From Gaiellaceae bacterium (GTDB lineage Bacteria; Actinomycetota; Thermoleophilia; Gaiellales; Gaiellaceae), in assembly GCA_036265535.1 (NCBI GenBank), contig DATAOV010000001.1, positions 40,582 through 104,581 on the forward strand: a stretch of DNA of 64,000 bases. Direction: 5' to 3'. The notes below the pieces were generated by a model. That model was not told the DNA's origin. It made no database searches and saw nothing but the letters and a program-made list of their open reading frames with translations. Positions 1 to 8,860 of this stretch are shown piece after piece; position 1 is the first letter of the stretch; each line of letters opens with the position of its first letter. A program made the position numbers and the translations under genes.

Positions 1-2
1 GT

Positions 3-671
3 CGCGGTCGAATCCGGATCGCCCTCAGCACGGCTCATGCCGGTGCCTATCGCGTCCGGGTCTCGCTGCAGCCGGCGGCCGGGTACCTCCAGGCGCGCCG
101 AACCCTCGAGCGAATCGTCTTCCTTCCCGTCTTGTCCCCCGGCTCGGCCGGCGCGAGCGTGTACGAGCTCGACCGGCGGCTGAACGAGCTCCATTACGCA
201 CTCGGACAGGTCGACGGCTACTTCGGACGGGACGACGTGGACGCCGTGATCGCCTTCCAGAAGCTGCACGGCCTGCCCCGCACGGGCGCAGTCGACATGC
301 GCTTCTGGGCGGAGCTGCAGCGTGCGCGGGATCCACGGCCTCGCTATCCGGGCGACCACGTCGAGGTGAACAAGGAGCGGCAGGTGCTGTTCATGGTCCG
401 CAATGGGAAGGTGGCGCTGATCGTCCCCGTCTCGACCGGCGCCACCGGCAACACGCCGCTCGGCCACTGGCGCGTGTACAGCAGGGTGCCGGGCTTCAAC
501 GCCCTCGCGATGTACTACTCGTCCTTCTTCGTCGGCGGCTTCGCGATCCACGGGTACCACACCGTCCCGCCGTATCCTGCAAGCCACGGCTGCGTGCGGA
601 TACCGCTTTGGGTCGCCCACCGCGTGTACACACTGATCGACTACGGCACCCCGATCTACATCTACTGGTAG
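3..671 (+). CDS. L,D-transpeptidase (peptidoglycan-binding domain + YkuD catalytic domain); 5' end probably lies outside the window
   Basis: Frame 3 is open from nt 3 (track ORF 132..671). PG-binding-like segment VDAVIAFQKLHGLPRTGAVD. YkuD active-site pattern HGY...SHGCVRIP near the C-terminus. Confidence 0.85.
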   Translation, partial: RGRIRIALSTAHAGAYRVRVSLQPAAGYLQARRTLERIVFLPVLSPGSAGASVYELDRRLNELHYALGQVDGYFGRDDVDAVIAFQKLHGLPRTGAVDMRFWAELQRARDPRPRYPGDHVEVNKERQVLFMVRNGKVALIVPVSTGATGNTPLGHWRVYSRVPGFNALAMYYSSFFVGGFAIHGYHTVPPYPASHGCVRIPLWVAHRVYTLIDYGTPIYIYW

Positions 672-675
672 CGCC

Positions 676-1128
676 ATCCTTGTCGCGGCGCTCGCCCTGG
701 CTGCGGCCGGCTGGCTGCTCTACACCCAGGCCTGGACCGGCAAGGCGGCGCCGGTCCCCTACACCGACATCACCTCCCAGCTGGGACGAGTCGAGTTCAC
801 CCGCAGGGTCACGGCGGTCTACCACTCGCGGGCGCCGTTCCTGCGGCTCCTCGAGGCAACGATGCCCGGGCGCACGCCAAGGATCCCGCCGCACGACTGG
901 AACAGAGACCAAGTGGTCGTGATCGCGCTCGGCCCGCGCTCCTCGACCGGCTACTCGCTACGGATCCTACGAGTCGTCGAGCGCCGGCGCGGCATCTACG
1001 TCTACGTGCGCGAAGAGACGCCTGCGCTCGGCGATCCGGTCCAGGCCCGGGTCACGTATCCGTACCGCGTGTTGAACATGCACGGCAGCGCGAAGCCCGT
1101 TTACGTCAAGCTGGAAGGCAGACCGTGA
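676..1128 (+). CDS. Membrane-anchored PrcB-C-like small protein; start codon unresolved
   Basis: Track gives only ATG 862..1128, but frame 1 is open from 637. It has coding-like GC-rich third positions and encodes a TM helix (AILVAALALAAAGWLLY). There is no ATG/GTG/TTG before ATG 862; ATC 676 and CTG 697 are the only near-cognates. The C-terminal part (VVVIALGPRSSTGYSLRI...IYVYV) resembles PrcB_C. Confidence 0.5.
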   Translation: MLVAALALAAAGWLLYTQAWTGKAAPVPYTDITSQLGRVEFTRRVTAVYHSRAPFLRLLEATMPGRTPRIPPHDWNRDQVVVIALGPRSSTGYSLRILRVVERRRGIYVYVREETPALGDPVQARVTYPYRVLNMHGSAKPVYVKLEGRP

Positions 1129-1412
1129 TGAGCGAACCCGATCCGCTGATCCGCCAGCTGCGAGAGCAGATCTCCGACAACGACCGCGCGATCGTCGAGG
1201 CGATCAACACGCGTCTGAAGCTCGTGGCGCGGCTGAAGGGCTACAAGGAGTCGCGCGGCATGTCGTTCGTCGACCCGGAGCGCGAGGAATGGATGCTGCA
1301 GTACCTGGCGCGCGCGAATCGCGGGCCGCTATCCGCAGACGGGTTGAACGAGCTGTTCGAAGAGATCCTCGGCCTGACGAAGCGCGAGGTCGAGCGCGGA
1401 GAGTCCCGCTAG
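1125..1412 (+). CDS. Chorismate mutase (AroQ-type, monofunctional)
   Basis: 95 aa all-helical protein with the AroQ pattern (LRxQIxxxDxxIVxxINxRLxLxxxL...EExxL). The start overlaps the upstream stop (GTGATG). Confidence 0.8.
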   Translation: MMSEPDPLIRQLREQISDNDRAIVEAINTRLKLVARLKGYKESRGMSFVDPEREEWMLQYLARANRGPLSADGLNELFEEILGLTKREVERGESR

Positions 1413-1909
1413 TCGTCTTCCTCCGAGGCCTCGGCGAACTCGTCCGGGGTGACGCTCTCGAGGAACTGCTTGAACTCGGAGACGATCTCCTCCTCGTTGA
1501 CGTCTTCGCCCTCGAACTCGATCGCGGACTCCTCGATCACCTCCTCGGCGGCGAAGATCGGCGCCTCGGCGCGAACGGCCAGCGCAATGGCGTCCGAGGG
1601 GCGCGAGTCGATCTCGATCTCCGAGCCGTTCTGCTGGACGGTGATGCTCGCGTAGAAGGTGTTCTCCTTCAGCTCGGTCACCGTGATACGGACGACCTGC
1701 GCGTCGAGCTGGCTGAGCATCTCCGTGACCAAATCGTGCGTCATCGGCCTCGGCGTGCTCGCTCCCTGGAGCTTCATCAGGATCGCTGCGGCCTCCGGGT
1801 GTCCGATCCAAATCGGGAGGAACTTGTTCCCGTCGGCAGTCTTGAGAAGCACGATCGGCTGCTTGCCGACGAGGTCGAAACTCACGCCGTAGATGACCAT
1901 CTCGTGCAT
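1409..1909 (-). CDS. Bifunctional nuclease (BFN/DUF151) domain protein with acidic C-terminal tail
   Basis: LPIWIGHPEAAAI, RPMTHDL and IDSRPSDAIALAVRAEAPI match the DUF151 pattern. Start moved to ATG 1909 (MHEMVIYGV); the 44 upstream codons of track ORF 1409..2041 are Arg/Ser-rich filler. Confidence 0.8.
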   Translation of the reverse strand: MHEMVIYGVSFDLVGKQPIVLLKTADGNKFLPIWIGHPEAAAILMKLQGASTPRPMTHDLVTEMLSQLDAQVVRITVTELKENTFYASITVQQNGSEIEIDSRPSDAIALAVRAEAPIFAAEEVIEESAIEFEGEDVNEEEIVSEFKQFLESVTPDEFAEASEEDD

Positions 1910-1952
1910 CAGGCGTCGTCCCCGACTTCGATCATAACCAGAGGGTACCGGG

Positions 1953-2138
1953 TCAAACTCCACCCGGCTCCGACCGTCCGCTCGGCGGTCCCGGCTCGAT
2001 TTCGTCGACCGGCGCGGTGCGCTCTTTCCCGGTCGCGGCATCCTCGAGAAAGGCCTGCCGGTTGGACACGCTCATGGGGTCGAGGCCACGCAAGTAGTAG
2101 TACCGACCCAGGTAGAGGACGAGGTCGCCGATCTTCAT
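1953..2138 (-). CDS. Small hypothetical protein (about 61 aa)
   Basis: Inner ATG 2138 of track ORF 1953..2180 (MKIGDLVLYLGRYYYLRGLDP...). No recognisable motif; supported only by codon-like composition. Confidence 0.35.
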   Translation of the reverse strand: MKIGDLVLYLGRYYYLRGLDPMSVSNRQAFLEDAATGKERTAPVDEIEPGPPSGRSEPGGV

Positions 2139-2219
2139 AGCCGCAGTTCTCGACACGGTCATCGGCACCGTTCGGAGCACCTACATCCCTTGAGCGAGGG
2201 CGGCTACACTGCTCGACCC

Positions 2220-2293
2220 GGGCGATTAGCTCAGTTGGTTAGAGCGCCGCTCTGATAAGGCGGAGGTCCGTGGTTCGAATCCACGATCGCCCA
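2220..2293 (+). tRNA. tRNA-Ile (anticodon GAT)
   Basis: Cloverleaf read by hand: acceptor GGGCGAT/ATCGCCC, D-arm GCTC..GAGC, anticodon stem CCGCT/GGCGG with loop CTGATAA, T-arm CGTGG-TTCGAAT-CCACG, discriminator A. CCA is not encoded. Confidence 0.95.
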
Positions 2294-2306
2294 CCTCGCG
2301 TCTTCC

Positions 2307-2328
2307 GCGGCCCGAAACGGCGGGCCGC
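2307..2328. terminator. GC-rich hairpin between tRNA-Ile and the convergent 82-aa gene (possible bidirectional terminator)
   Basis: GCGGCCCG-aaacgg-CGGGCCGC, a perfect 8-bp stem. No clear U-tract. Confidence 0.45.
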
Positions 2329-2576
2329 TAGTGGAGGATCTCGGTGCGGTCGAGGTAGTCCTCAACCGTCAGCAGGAAACTCGGGTCCTCCGCGATCTCG
2401 GCCAGAGTGCCCTTCGTCATCTCGTCGAGCTCCGCGTCCTGGGCCAGCTCGAACAGAAACGGGCCGAGCTTGCCAGCCTGCGACAGGGCCGACATGCGCA
2501 GGACGAGGTCGCGCGTGAGCTCGTCCTGCTTGATCGCCTCGAGCGACTCGAGATTCTCGTGCCAGGTGCGCAACAT
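2328..2576 (-). CDS. Hypothetical small helical acidic protein (82 aa), downstream of parB
   Basis: Track ORF with ATG start. Non-repetitive, balanced composition (MLRTWHENLESLEAIKQDELTRDLV...). No motif recognised. Confidence 0.5.
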   Translation of the reverse strand: MLRTWHENLESLEAIKQDELTRDLVLRMSALSQAGKLGPFLFELAQDAELDEMTKGTLAEIAEDPSFLLTVEDYLDRTEILH

Positions 2577-2615
2577 GACACTGAGTCAACGCCCGCCCCG
2601 CGCACGCGGATACGG

Positions 2616-3464
2616 CTAGACCAGGCGTTCGAGTGCTTCGGCCAGCTCGGCCAGCTCGGTCTCGTCGGTGAAGGCGAGCTCGAGGCGGCCGGAGACGACG
2701 CGAGCCGGGAACCCGGTTGCGCGTTCCGCCGCCTTCCTGGCCCGCTCGGCGAGCGCCGGGTCGACCTTGGGCGTCTTGCGAGGCTTCGTCTTCGCGCCGG
2801 CCCAGCGCGCAGCGCGCTCGGCGGCCCGAACGGACATCCCGCGACGCAGGATCTGACGCGCGAGGCGACGGCGGCCGTCCTGGTCGGGAACCGCCAGCAC
2901 CGCGCGCGCGTGACCCTCGGTCAGCTCGCCCCGCTCGACGAGCGCGAGAACGTCGTCCGGAAGCTCGAGCAGCCGCAGCCGGTTCGAGACCGTCGGCTTC
3001 GCCTTGCCCATCCGTTCGGCCAGCTCGCCGAGCGAGAGCTCGAACTCGTCCAGCAGGAGCGCGTAGGCCCGGGCTTCCTCGACCGCCGACAGCTGCTCCC
3101 GCGCCACGTTCTCGACCAGACCGAGCAGAAGCGTGTCGCGGTCGTCGGCCTCGCGCACGAGCGCGGGAACCGTAGGCAGGCCGGCCTCGCGGGCTGCGCG
3201 CCAGCGCCGCTCGCCGGCGATCAGCTCGAAACCCCCGGCCTTGCGCGGGCGAACCACGACCGGCTGGACGAGCCCCTGAGCGCGGATCGAATCGGCGAGT
3301 GCGCTCGTCGCCTCGTGATCGAACCGCTTCCGCGGCTGGCGAGGATTCGGATGAATCGTCTCCACCGGAAGATGGGCGAGCTCAGGCTGGCCGGGGCCGC
3401 CGACGAGCAACTCGAGTCCGCGGCCCAGTCCGCGGCGCCTCTCGGGTTCAGGAACGGCCGACAA
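2616..3464 (-). CDS. parB: Chromosome partitioning protein ParB
   Basis: ParB box GLVQPVVVRP...ELIAGERRWRAAREAGL, plus an HTH region. Sits directly downstream of parA. Confidence 0.95.
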   Translation of the reverse strand: MSAVPEPERRRGLGRGLELLVGGPGQPELAHLPVETIHPNPRQPRKRFDHEATSALADSIRAQGLVQPVVVRPRKAGGFELIAGERRWRAAREAGLPTVPALVREADDRDTLLLGLVENVAREQLSAVEEARAYALLLDEFELSLGELAERMGKAKPTVSNRLRLLELPDDVLALVERGELTEGHARAVLAVPDQDGRRRLARQILRRGMSVRAAERAARWAGAKTKPRKTPKVDPALAERARKAAERATGFPARVVSGRLELAFTDETELAELAEALERLV

Positions 3465-4203
3465 GCTCCATCGCCACCTTCCAGTACGCGTCGGCGCCGG
3501 CCGACTCGCGATCGTAGGCGGTCACGGGCAGGCCGTGGCTCGGCGCCTCTGCCACGCGCACCGAGCGCGGCACCGACGTCTTGAAGACGAGCTCGCCAAA
3601 GTGCCGGCGCACCTCCGCGGACACGTCTGACGCCAGGCGCGTCCGGCGGTCGACCATGGTCAGGATCACCCCGCCGAGGCTCAGCCTCGGGTTCAGCCGT
3701 GCGCGGACGAGCTCGACCGAGCCGACCAGCTGGGCGAGCCCCTCGAGCGCGAAGTACTCCGCCTGCACCGGGACGAGCACGCGGTCGGCAGCCGCGAGCG
3801 CGTTGACGGTCAGCGGGCCAAGCGAGGGCGGGCTGTCGACGAAGACGAAGGCGTAGCCGTCGCCTGCCCCGGCCAAAGCATCGGCGAGATAGCGCTCGCC
3901 GTCGGCGCGCCGCGCCAGCTCGACTGCGGCACCGGCGAGCTCGGGACGCGAGGGCACGAGGTCGAGGCGCGCGAAGCGCGTCGGCCTGGCGAGCTTCGGC
4001 AGCGGGATGCCGTCGAGCAGGTCGAGCGAGGAGGTGCCGTTCGCGCGCTCGCCGAGCCCAGAGGTTGCGTTCGCCTGCGGGTCGAGATCCACGACGAGCG
4101 TCTTCTCGCCGGCCTCCGCGAGGCACGCGGCGAGGTTAATCGCGGTCGTGGTCTTGCCGACGCCGCCCTTTTGGTTCGCAAGCGCATAGACCCTGCCGGG
4201 CAC
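3448..4203 (-). CDS. parA: Chromosome partitioning ATPase ParA/Soj
   Basis: Deviant Walker A KGGVGKTTT, DLDPQ, and FVFVDSPPSLG. Confidence 0.95.
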   Translation of the reverse strand: MPGRVYALANQKGGVGKTTTAINLAACLAEAGEKTLVVDLDPQANATSGLGERANGTSSLDLLDGIPLPKLARPTRFARLDLVPSRPELAGAAVELARRADGERYLADALAGAGDGYAFVFVDSPPSLGPLTVNALAAADRVLVPVQAEYFALEGLAQLVGSVELVRARLNPRLSLGGVILTMVDRRTRLASDVSAEVRRHFGELVFKTSVPRSVRVAEAPSHGLPVTAYDRESAGADAYWKVAMELVGRS

Positions 4204-4216
4204 ACGTCCACGCTAG

Positions 4217-4807
4217 CTAGGCGAGCGGACGTTTTCGGGCCGTCCCCGTGCGACGAGGAAAGCCCACGGGAGTCGCTCCGAGCTTGTGCAGGACGAGCAT
4301 CCCGGGAGGCGACTCCACGAGCTCCGCTGCAAGCCGCTCGGCCACCGCCGTAACGCGTTCGACTTCGGCGCTCGGCCCCACGAAGAGCACGGCAGCGCCC
4401 CCGGGAGCGACGAGCGGCAGACACCACTCGGCCGCGACCGGCGGGAGCGCGAGCGCCTTCGCCACCGCAACTCCGTACACATCGACCGGTTGCTCCTCGG
4501 CGCGCCCGCAGATGACGAGCAGATTCGGGAACTCGGCAGTCCAGCGCTCGAGGAAGTCGCACTTGCGCCGCTGCGACTCGAGCAAGGTGACCTTGCGAAA
4601 CGGAAGCGCCGCAGCGAGCGGGATCCCGGGCGCACCGCCGCCGGAGCCCACGTCCACGATCGGTCCCTCGAAGCGCTCAACAACTCCCAGCGCGGTCAGG
4701 CTCTCCTCGACGTGCAGCCGCCGGGCCTCGGCGAGATCGCGCACAGCGGTCAGGCCGGGAGTTGCGACGAGGGACTCGAGCCAGCGCTCGATGCGTGGAT
4801 CCGTCAA
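4217..4807 (-). CDS. rsmG: 16S rRNA (guanine527-N7)-methyltransferase RsmG/GidB
   Basis: SAM motif VDVGSGGGAPGIPLA and conserved position next to parA. Confidence 0.9.
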   Translation of the reverse strand: MTDPRIERWLESLVATPGLTAVRDLAEARRLHVEESLTALGVVERFEGPIVDVGSGGGAPGIPLAAALPFRKVTLLESQRRKCDFLERWTAEFPNLLVICGRAEEQPVDVYGVAVAKALALPPVAAEWCLPLVAPGGAAVLFVGPSAEVERVTAVAERLAAELVESPPGMLVLHKLGATPVGFPRRTGTARKRPLA

Positions 4808-5490
4808 GCGGGATCGATCACGACGAAGCGATTGGGCTCGGTGCCCTCGCTCCGCGTCGTCACGCCCGGATGATCCTGCAGACAGACGTGGACGACCTTG
4901 CGCTCGACGGCTGTCATCGGGTCGAGCTCCACCGGCTGACCCGAGGAAACCGCCTGCTCGGCGCTACGAGTCGCGAGCGCGTCGAGGCTCGACTGCCTCC
5001 GGGCCCTGTAACCGGCCGCGTCCACGATCACCGGCTTGCGCTCGTCGCCGCGGTTGCGCCAGACGATCGCATTCGCCAGGTATTGGATCGCGTCGATGGT
5101 CTGGCCGTGCTTCCCGATCGCGAGACCGAGCTCTGCGCCGACGAAGGTCGCCGTCAGCGTCCCCTCGTCCTCCTCGAGCTCGATCCGCGCCCGCACCCGA
5201 ATAGCGCCGAGAATTCGCTCGAGGACCTCCCGCACCTCGGCCGCCTCGGCACTCTCGCCGTCCGTGGCCCGCTCGGGGGGCGCAGGCGCAGCGACGGCCT
5301 CCACGCTTGCGATCACGCGCGCCGGCGCGTACCCGACCCCGAGAAGCCCGCGCTCACCCTCGGACACGACCTGAAAGCGAACCGCCGCCTTGTCGATCCC
5401 GGGCTGCAGCTTCTCGAGCTCCCGCAGCGCCGACCACTTGGCCTCCCCGACGGTCTCACCGGTGGCCTCGACCTGCAGTGCCTCGCTCAT
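4804..5490 (-). CDS. jag: Jag/KhpB-type RNA-binding protein (Jag_N + KH + R3H)
   Basis: KH-like IGKHGQTIDAIQYL and R3H-like ERKVVHVCL...GVTTRSEG. Start set at ATG 5490 (MSEALQVEATGETV), which overlaps the yidC stop as ATGA. The rest of track ORF 4804..6216 is out of frame over yidC. Confidence 0.85.
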   Translation of the reverse strand: MSEALQVEATGETVGEAKWSALRELEKLQPGIDKAAVRFQVVSEGERGLLGVGYAPARVIASVEAVAAPAPPERATDGESAEAAEVREVLERILGAIRVRARIELEEDEGTLTATFVGAELGLAIGKHGQTIDAIQYLANAIVWRNRGDERKPVIVDAAGYRARRQSSLDALATRSAEQAVSSGQPVELDPMTAVERKVVHVCLQDHPGVTTRSEGTEPNRFVVIDPA

Positions 5491-6311
5491 CGCCTCGCCT
5501 TCTTCTTCTTGCGTTTCACCCTGCGTGGTTGCGCGGGCGCCGCGGCGGAGGCCGGCGCCGGCTCGGCAGGCGGAGGCGGAGGCTCCGGCTCGCTCTCCTT
5601 CGCCGGCGTGCGCGACGAGCGCCGCTCGGGTGCCTGGGGCTTCGGCATCAGCCGGCGCGTGATCAGTCCCTGACCGACCGTCCAGAGGTTCGTGGTCACC
5701 CAGTAGATGACGAGACCGACCGGGAAGTTGAGCAGGAACGTGACGAAGACGATCGGCAGGACCATGAGCATGATCCGCTGCGTTTTGTCCATCGTGCTCG
5801 ACATCAGCATCGTCGAGACGAGCTGGCTCGCCACGTAGACCGCGAGCAGCAGGTAACCCGACCAGTGCGCGTTTGCGTGCGCCGTGATGTCCGGGACGAA
5901 GTTGTGGCCGAGCCACGAAAGATCGCCGCCCGGTGGATGCTTCGAAAACTCGCGCAGAACGAAGTAGAGCGCGATGAAGACCGGGAACTGGGCCAGGAGC
6001 GGCAGGCACGAGGCGGCCGGGTTGATCTGGTTCTCCCGGTAGAACTTCATCAGCTCTTCCTGCTGCCGCTTCTTGTCGTTCTTGTACTTCTTCTGAATCT
6101 CTTTCATTTCGGGCGCGTGGCGCTGCAGGTTCTGCATCGAGTGGATCTGCCGAACGGTCAGCGGCACGAGCAGCAAGCGCACCGTCACCGTCAGCGCGAC
6201 GATCGACCACGCCCACGTCAGCCCGACCGACCCGTGGAACCAGTTGAGGACGTGACGGAGAATGTCCTCGATCGGGGTCAGCGGCGAGAGCAGGATCAGG
6301 TGGAGGATCAT
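5487..6311 (-). CDS. yidC: Membrane protein insertase YidC (short, Gram-positive type) with Lys/Arg-rich tail
   Basis: TVRLLLVPLTVRQ, MKEIQKKYKND...LMKFYRENQINP, and multiple TM segments. Confidence 0.95.
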   Translation of the reverse strand: MILHLILLSPLTPIEDILRHVLNWFHGSVGLTWAWSIVALTVTVRLLLVPLTVRQIHSMQNLQRHAPEMKEIQKKYKNDKKRQQEELMKFYRENQINPAASCLPLLAQFPVFIALYFVLREFSKHPPGGDLSWLGHNFVPDITAHANAHWSGYLLLAVYVASQLVSTMLMSSTMDKTQRIMLMVLPIVFVTFLLNFPVGLVIYWVTTNLWTVGQGLITRRLMPKPQAPERRSSRTPAKESEPEPPPPPAEPAPASAAAPAQPRRVKRKKKKARR

Positions 6312-6556
6312 CGGAACAGCCTTTGGTCCCGGGCGTAGTCGACGCCGCCGTGACTCCAGGGGTTACAGCGCAGAAGACGCCAGCCGGTGAGGATCGAACC
6401 GCGCACGAGGCCGTAGTGGCGCAGCGCGTCGAGCGCGTACTGGGAACAGCTCGGGTGGTACTTGCACGAGCCGCCCCAGAGCACGCCGAAGGTCCAGCGA
6501 TACACGTGAACGAGCGCCATCCCCACGTACGTCGGAGCCCGGAGCGCGTACCTCAC
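6308..6556 (-). CDS. yidD: Membrane protein insertion efficiency factor YidD
   Basis: CKYHPSCSQYALDALRHYG motif. Start placed at GTG 6556, which overlaps the rnpA stop (GTGA). Track start 6601 is possible but overlaps rnpA by 49 nt. Confidence 0.85.
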   Translation of the reverse strand: MRYALRAPTYVGMALVHVYRWTFGVLWGGSCKYHPSCSQYALDALRHYGLVRGSILTGWRLLRCNPWSHGGVDYARDQRLFR

Positions 6557-6903
6557 GCGGCCGCCTTTCCGAGAATCTCCTCGACTCGTTCCCCGAGCCA
6601 CTCGGAACCTCGTGCCTCCACCGCCTCCGCAAACCCGGGACGGACGACGAGCACGTAGTCCTGATCCTGAGGCAGCTCCGACAGGCGCGCGCGGAAGGCT
6701 TCCCGGAGCCGGCGCTTCATTCGATTGCGGACGACCGCCGTGCCGACCGCCTTTGGCACCGCCAGACCGAGCCGGGCACCAGCGTCGGCCCCGTCTTCAC
6801 GGGGGAACCAGTAGAGGACGAGAAACCGCGTCGAGACGGAGCGCCCATGGCGATAGACCGCGTCGAAGTCGCGCGAGCGCGAGAGGCGATGGCGGCGTTG
6901 CAC
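6553..6903 (-). CDS. rnpA: Ribonuclease P protein component
   Basis: RLSRSRDFDAVYRHGRSV...AVVRNRMKRRLREAF pattern. Start set to GTG 6903, just after the rpmH stop; the track ORF extends upstream over rpmH. Confidence 0.85.
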   Translation of the reverse strand: MQRRHRLSRSRDFDAVYRHGRSVSTRFLVLYWFPREDGADAGARLGLAVPKAVGTAVVRNRMKRRLREAFRARLSELPQDQDYVLVVRPGFAEAVEARGSEWLGERVEEILGKAAA

Positions 6904-6920
6904 TCGCGCGTCCAGCGAGC

Positions 6921-7055
6921 TCAGGCCGACAGGCGCTTCCGGCCTCTGGAACGGCGCCGCTTGAGGATCGCGCGGCCGGCGCGCGTCGACATGCGGGCGC
7001 GGAAGCCGTGCCTCCGCTTCCGCCTGCGCACGTTGGGCTGATAGGTCCGTTTCAC
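6921..7055 (-). CDS. rpmH: 50S ribosomal protein L34
   Basis: [44 protein letters not shown], 44 aa with a GTG start at 7055. It is embedded in the longer track ORF 6921..7274. Confidence 0.95.
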   Translation of the reverse strand: MKRTYQPNVRRRKRRHGFRARMSTRAGRAILKRRRSRGRKRLSA

Positions 7056-7197
7056 AAGCCGAAGAGGGTAGAAAAGACCGCCCGTCCGAGGGCGGCGTCC
7101 GGCCAGTATAGACGAGGGGCAGGGGGTCACAAGCGCCCGCCGAAACGAGGCGCAAAAGCCGGTCGGAGCGATGCAAGCGTCGCCTTGGCCGACAAGA

Positions 7198-7266
7198 CCG
7201 TCCACACCTGTGGACGTCGGTGTGGAGGGCGAGGATTTACCTGCAAATGAGGCATTTTTTGTCCAC
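7198..7266. promoter_or_regulatory. DnaA-box cluster in the rpmH-dnaA spacer (candidate oriC part and/or dnaA autoregulation)
   Basis: Four TCCACA/TGTGGA cores within 69 nt: CCGTCCACA 7198-7206, TGTGGACG 7209-7216, TGTGGAG 7221-7227, TTTTGTCCAC 7257-7266. They are adjacent to an AT-richer stretch (ggatttacctgcaaatgaggcatttttt). Confidence 0.6.
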
Positions 7267-7358
7267 TCTGACAACCTCTGCGCCCCTATTGTGAGGCTGC
7301 GCGGACGCTGCTATGCTCGGCGCTCGCGCGTTCCTCGACAAGGAGTACGGCCGGCGGC

Positions 7359-8705
7359 GTGGAGCCCTCAATTGAGCTGACTGCGGAAGGGCTTTGGAGC
7401 GAGGTTTCTGGTCGGCTCAGAGGCGCCCTCAACGAGACGACGTACCGCACGTGGTTCGACCACGTGGAGGGGCTCGAGCTCAACGACGACGTGTTCGTGC
7501 TCGCCGTCCCGAACGACTTCACGCGCGACTGGATCGAAGGCCACTTCATCGGCCTGATCCGTGCCGCGGTGGGCGATACGACCGGCCACGAGCGACAGAT
7601 CCAGCTCACGGTGAAGGAGACGGCCGGAGAGCCGGCGGCGGCCCCGGTCGAAAGGCATCGCCGCGAGTCGCTCGGCATCGGGCTCAATCCGAAGTACACC
7701 TTCGACTCGTTCGTGATCGGCTCGTCGAACCGCTTTGCCCACGCGGCCGCGCTCGCGGTCGCCGAGGCGCCTGCACAGGCCTACAACCCGCTCTTCATCT
7801 ACGGCGGCACGGGGCTCGGCAAGACCCACCTCCTGCAGGCAATCGCCCAGTACGTCGCCGAGCACCAGGGCGAGCTCTCCGTGCGCTACGTGACGAGCGA
7901 GACCTTCATGAACGACTTCATCAATGCCCTTCGCGACAAGCGGATCGAAGGCTTCAAGCAGCGCTACCGCGCCTACGACCTGCTCCTGATCGACGACATC
8001 CAGTTCTTCGAGCACAAGGAGCGGATCCAGGAGGAGTTCTTCCACACCTTCAACTCGATCTACGAGGCCGGCGGCCAGATCGTCATCTCGTCCGACCGAC
8101 CCCCTCGGGAGATCTCGACCTTGGAGGAACGACTGCGCTCACGCTTCGAATGGGGCCTGATCACCGACATCCAGCCACCCGACCTCGAGACGCGGATCGC
8201 GATCCTGCGCAAGAAGGTGAAAACCGACCGCATCCACGTGCCCGATCCCAAGGTGCTCGAGTTCATCGCCGGGCGTATCTCCTCCAACATCCGTGAGCTC
8301 GAGGGCGCGCTGACACGCGTGGTCGCGTTCTCCTCGCTGACCGGGCGGCCGATGACCGAAGACCTGGCCCAGGACGTGCTCAAGGACGTCTTTCCGCAAG
8401 GCGAGGTGCGGCAGGTGACGATCGAGCGGATTCAGGAGCTCGTCTCGGAGCGCTTCAGCCTCTCGCTGAGCGAGCTCTGCGGCGATAAGCGCTCACAGAA
8501 CATCGTCTACCCGCGCCAGGTCGCGATGTATCTCTCACGCGAGCTGACCGACTCCTCGCTCCCGAAGATCGGTAAGCAGTTCGGCGGCCGCGATCACACG
8601 ACGGTGATCCACGCGACCTCGAAAATCGCGCGCATGATCCGCGAGGACCGGTCTGTGTACAACCTGGTGCAAGAGTTGACCGCTCGGATCAAGCAGGCCC
8701 GATGA
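7359..8705 (+). CDS. dnaA: Chromosomal replication initiator DnaA
   Basis: Walker [23 protein letters not shown], and the C-terminal DNA-binding domain ([11 protein letters not shown]). GTG start. Confidence 0.97.
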   Translation: MEPSIELTAEGLWSEVSGRLRGALNETTYRTWFDHVEGLELNDDVFVLAVPNDFTRDWIEGHFIGLIRAAVGDTTGHERQIQLTVKETAGEPAAAPVERHRRESLGIGLNPKYTFDSFVIGSSNRFAHAAALAVAEAPAQAYNPLFIYGGTGLGKTHLLQAIAQYVAEHQGELSVRYVTSETFMNDFINALRDKRIEGFKQRYRAYDLLLIDDIQFFEHKERIQEEFFHTFNSIYEAGGQIVISSDRPPREISTLEERLRSRFEWGLITDIQPPDLETRIAILRKKVKTDRIHVPDPKVLEFIAGRISSNIRELEGALTRVVAFSSLTGRPMTEDLAQDVLKDVFPQGEVRQVTIERIQELVSERFSLSLSELCGDKRSQNIVYPRQVAMYLSRELTDSSLPKIGKQFGGRDHTTVIHATSKIARMIREDRSVYNLVQELTARIKQAR

Positions 8706-8707
8706 GA

Positions 8708-8860
8708 CTGTGGAGCGATCGGCAGCACGGCACGGCCCCTGTAGACAAGGCTCCTTTGCCCCCAACACGCGCCCACAGCGCAAACCCGCTCCCGCAGCGG
8801 AATCGGGGCGTCATCCCCGGTCTCCACACTCTCTATGACTACGACAAAGGAATTTCATAA
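8708..8860. promoter_or_regulatory. dnaA-dnaN spacer with DnaA-box-like cores and a terminal AT-rich segment (alternative oriC candidate)
   Basis: CTGTGGAG 8708-8715, CCCACAG 8772-8778 and TCTCCACAC 8821-8829. AT-rich caaaggaatttcataaatg lies immediately before dnaN. Confidence 0.45.

Noticed and set aside
1409-1412. Convergent genes sharing a CTAG stop palindrome, here and at 59473-59476.
   Set aside because: A neat detail, but expected occasionally in a compact genome using TAG stops. There is no evidence of function.
2331-3584. 417-aa plus-strand ORF covering parB/parA, together with similar long ORFs: 248..5204 region frames, 11300..12517, 12518..13663, 15287..16126, 26340..27614, 32035..33402, 32543..34207, 34319..35623, 47136..48125, 51032..52291, 55918..56931.
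   Set aside because: They lie antisense or out of frame to genes with unmistakable motifs. They are dominated by Arg/Ala/Gly/Pro and carry no motifs. These are typical shadow ORFs of high-G+C DNA with few stop codons.
2600-4300. Looked for parS (GTTTCACGTGAAAC-like palindrome) near parAB and elsewhere.
   Set aside because: No convincing match was noticed by eye; a pattern search allowing 2-3 mismatches is needed.
4804-6216. 470-aa ORF suggesting a very long Jag protein.
   Set aside because: Only the last 228 codons (from ATG 5490) look like Jag. The upstream part overlaps yidC in another frame and is Arg/Pro-rich.
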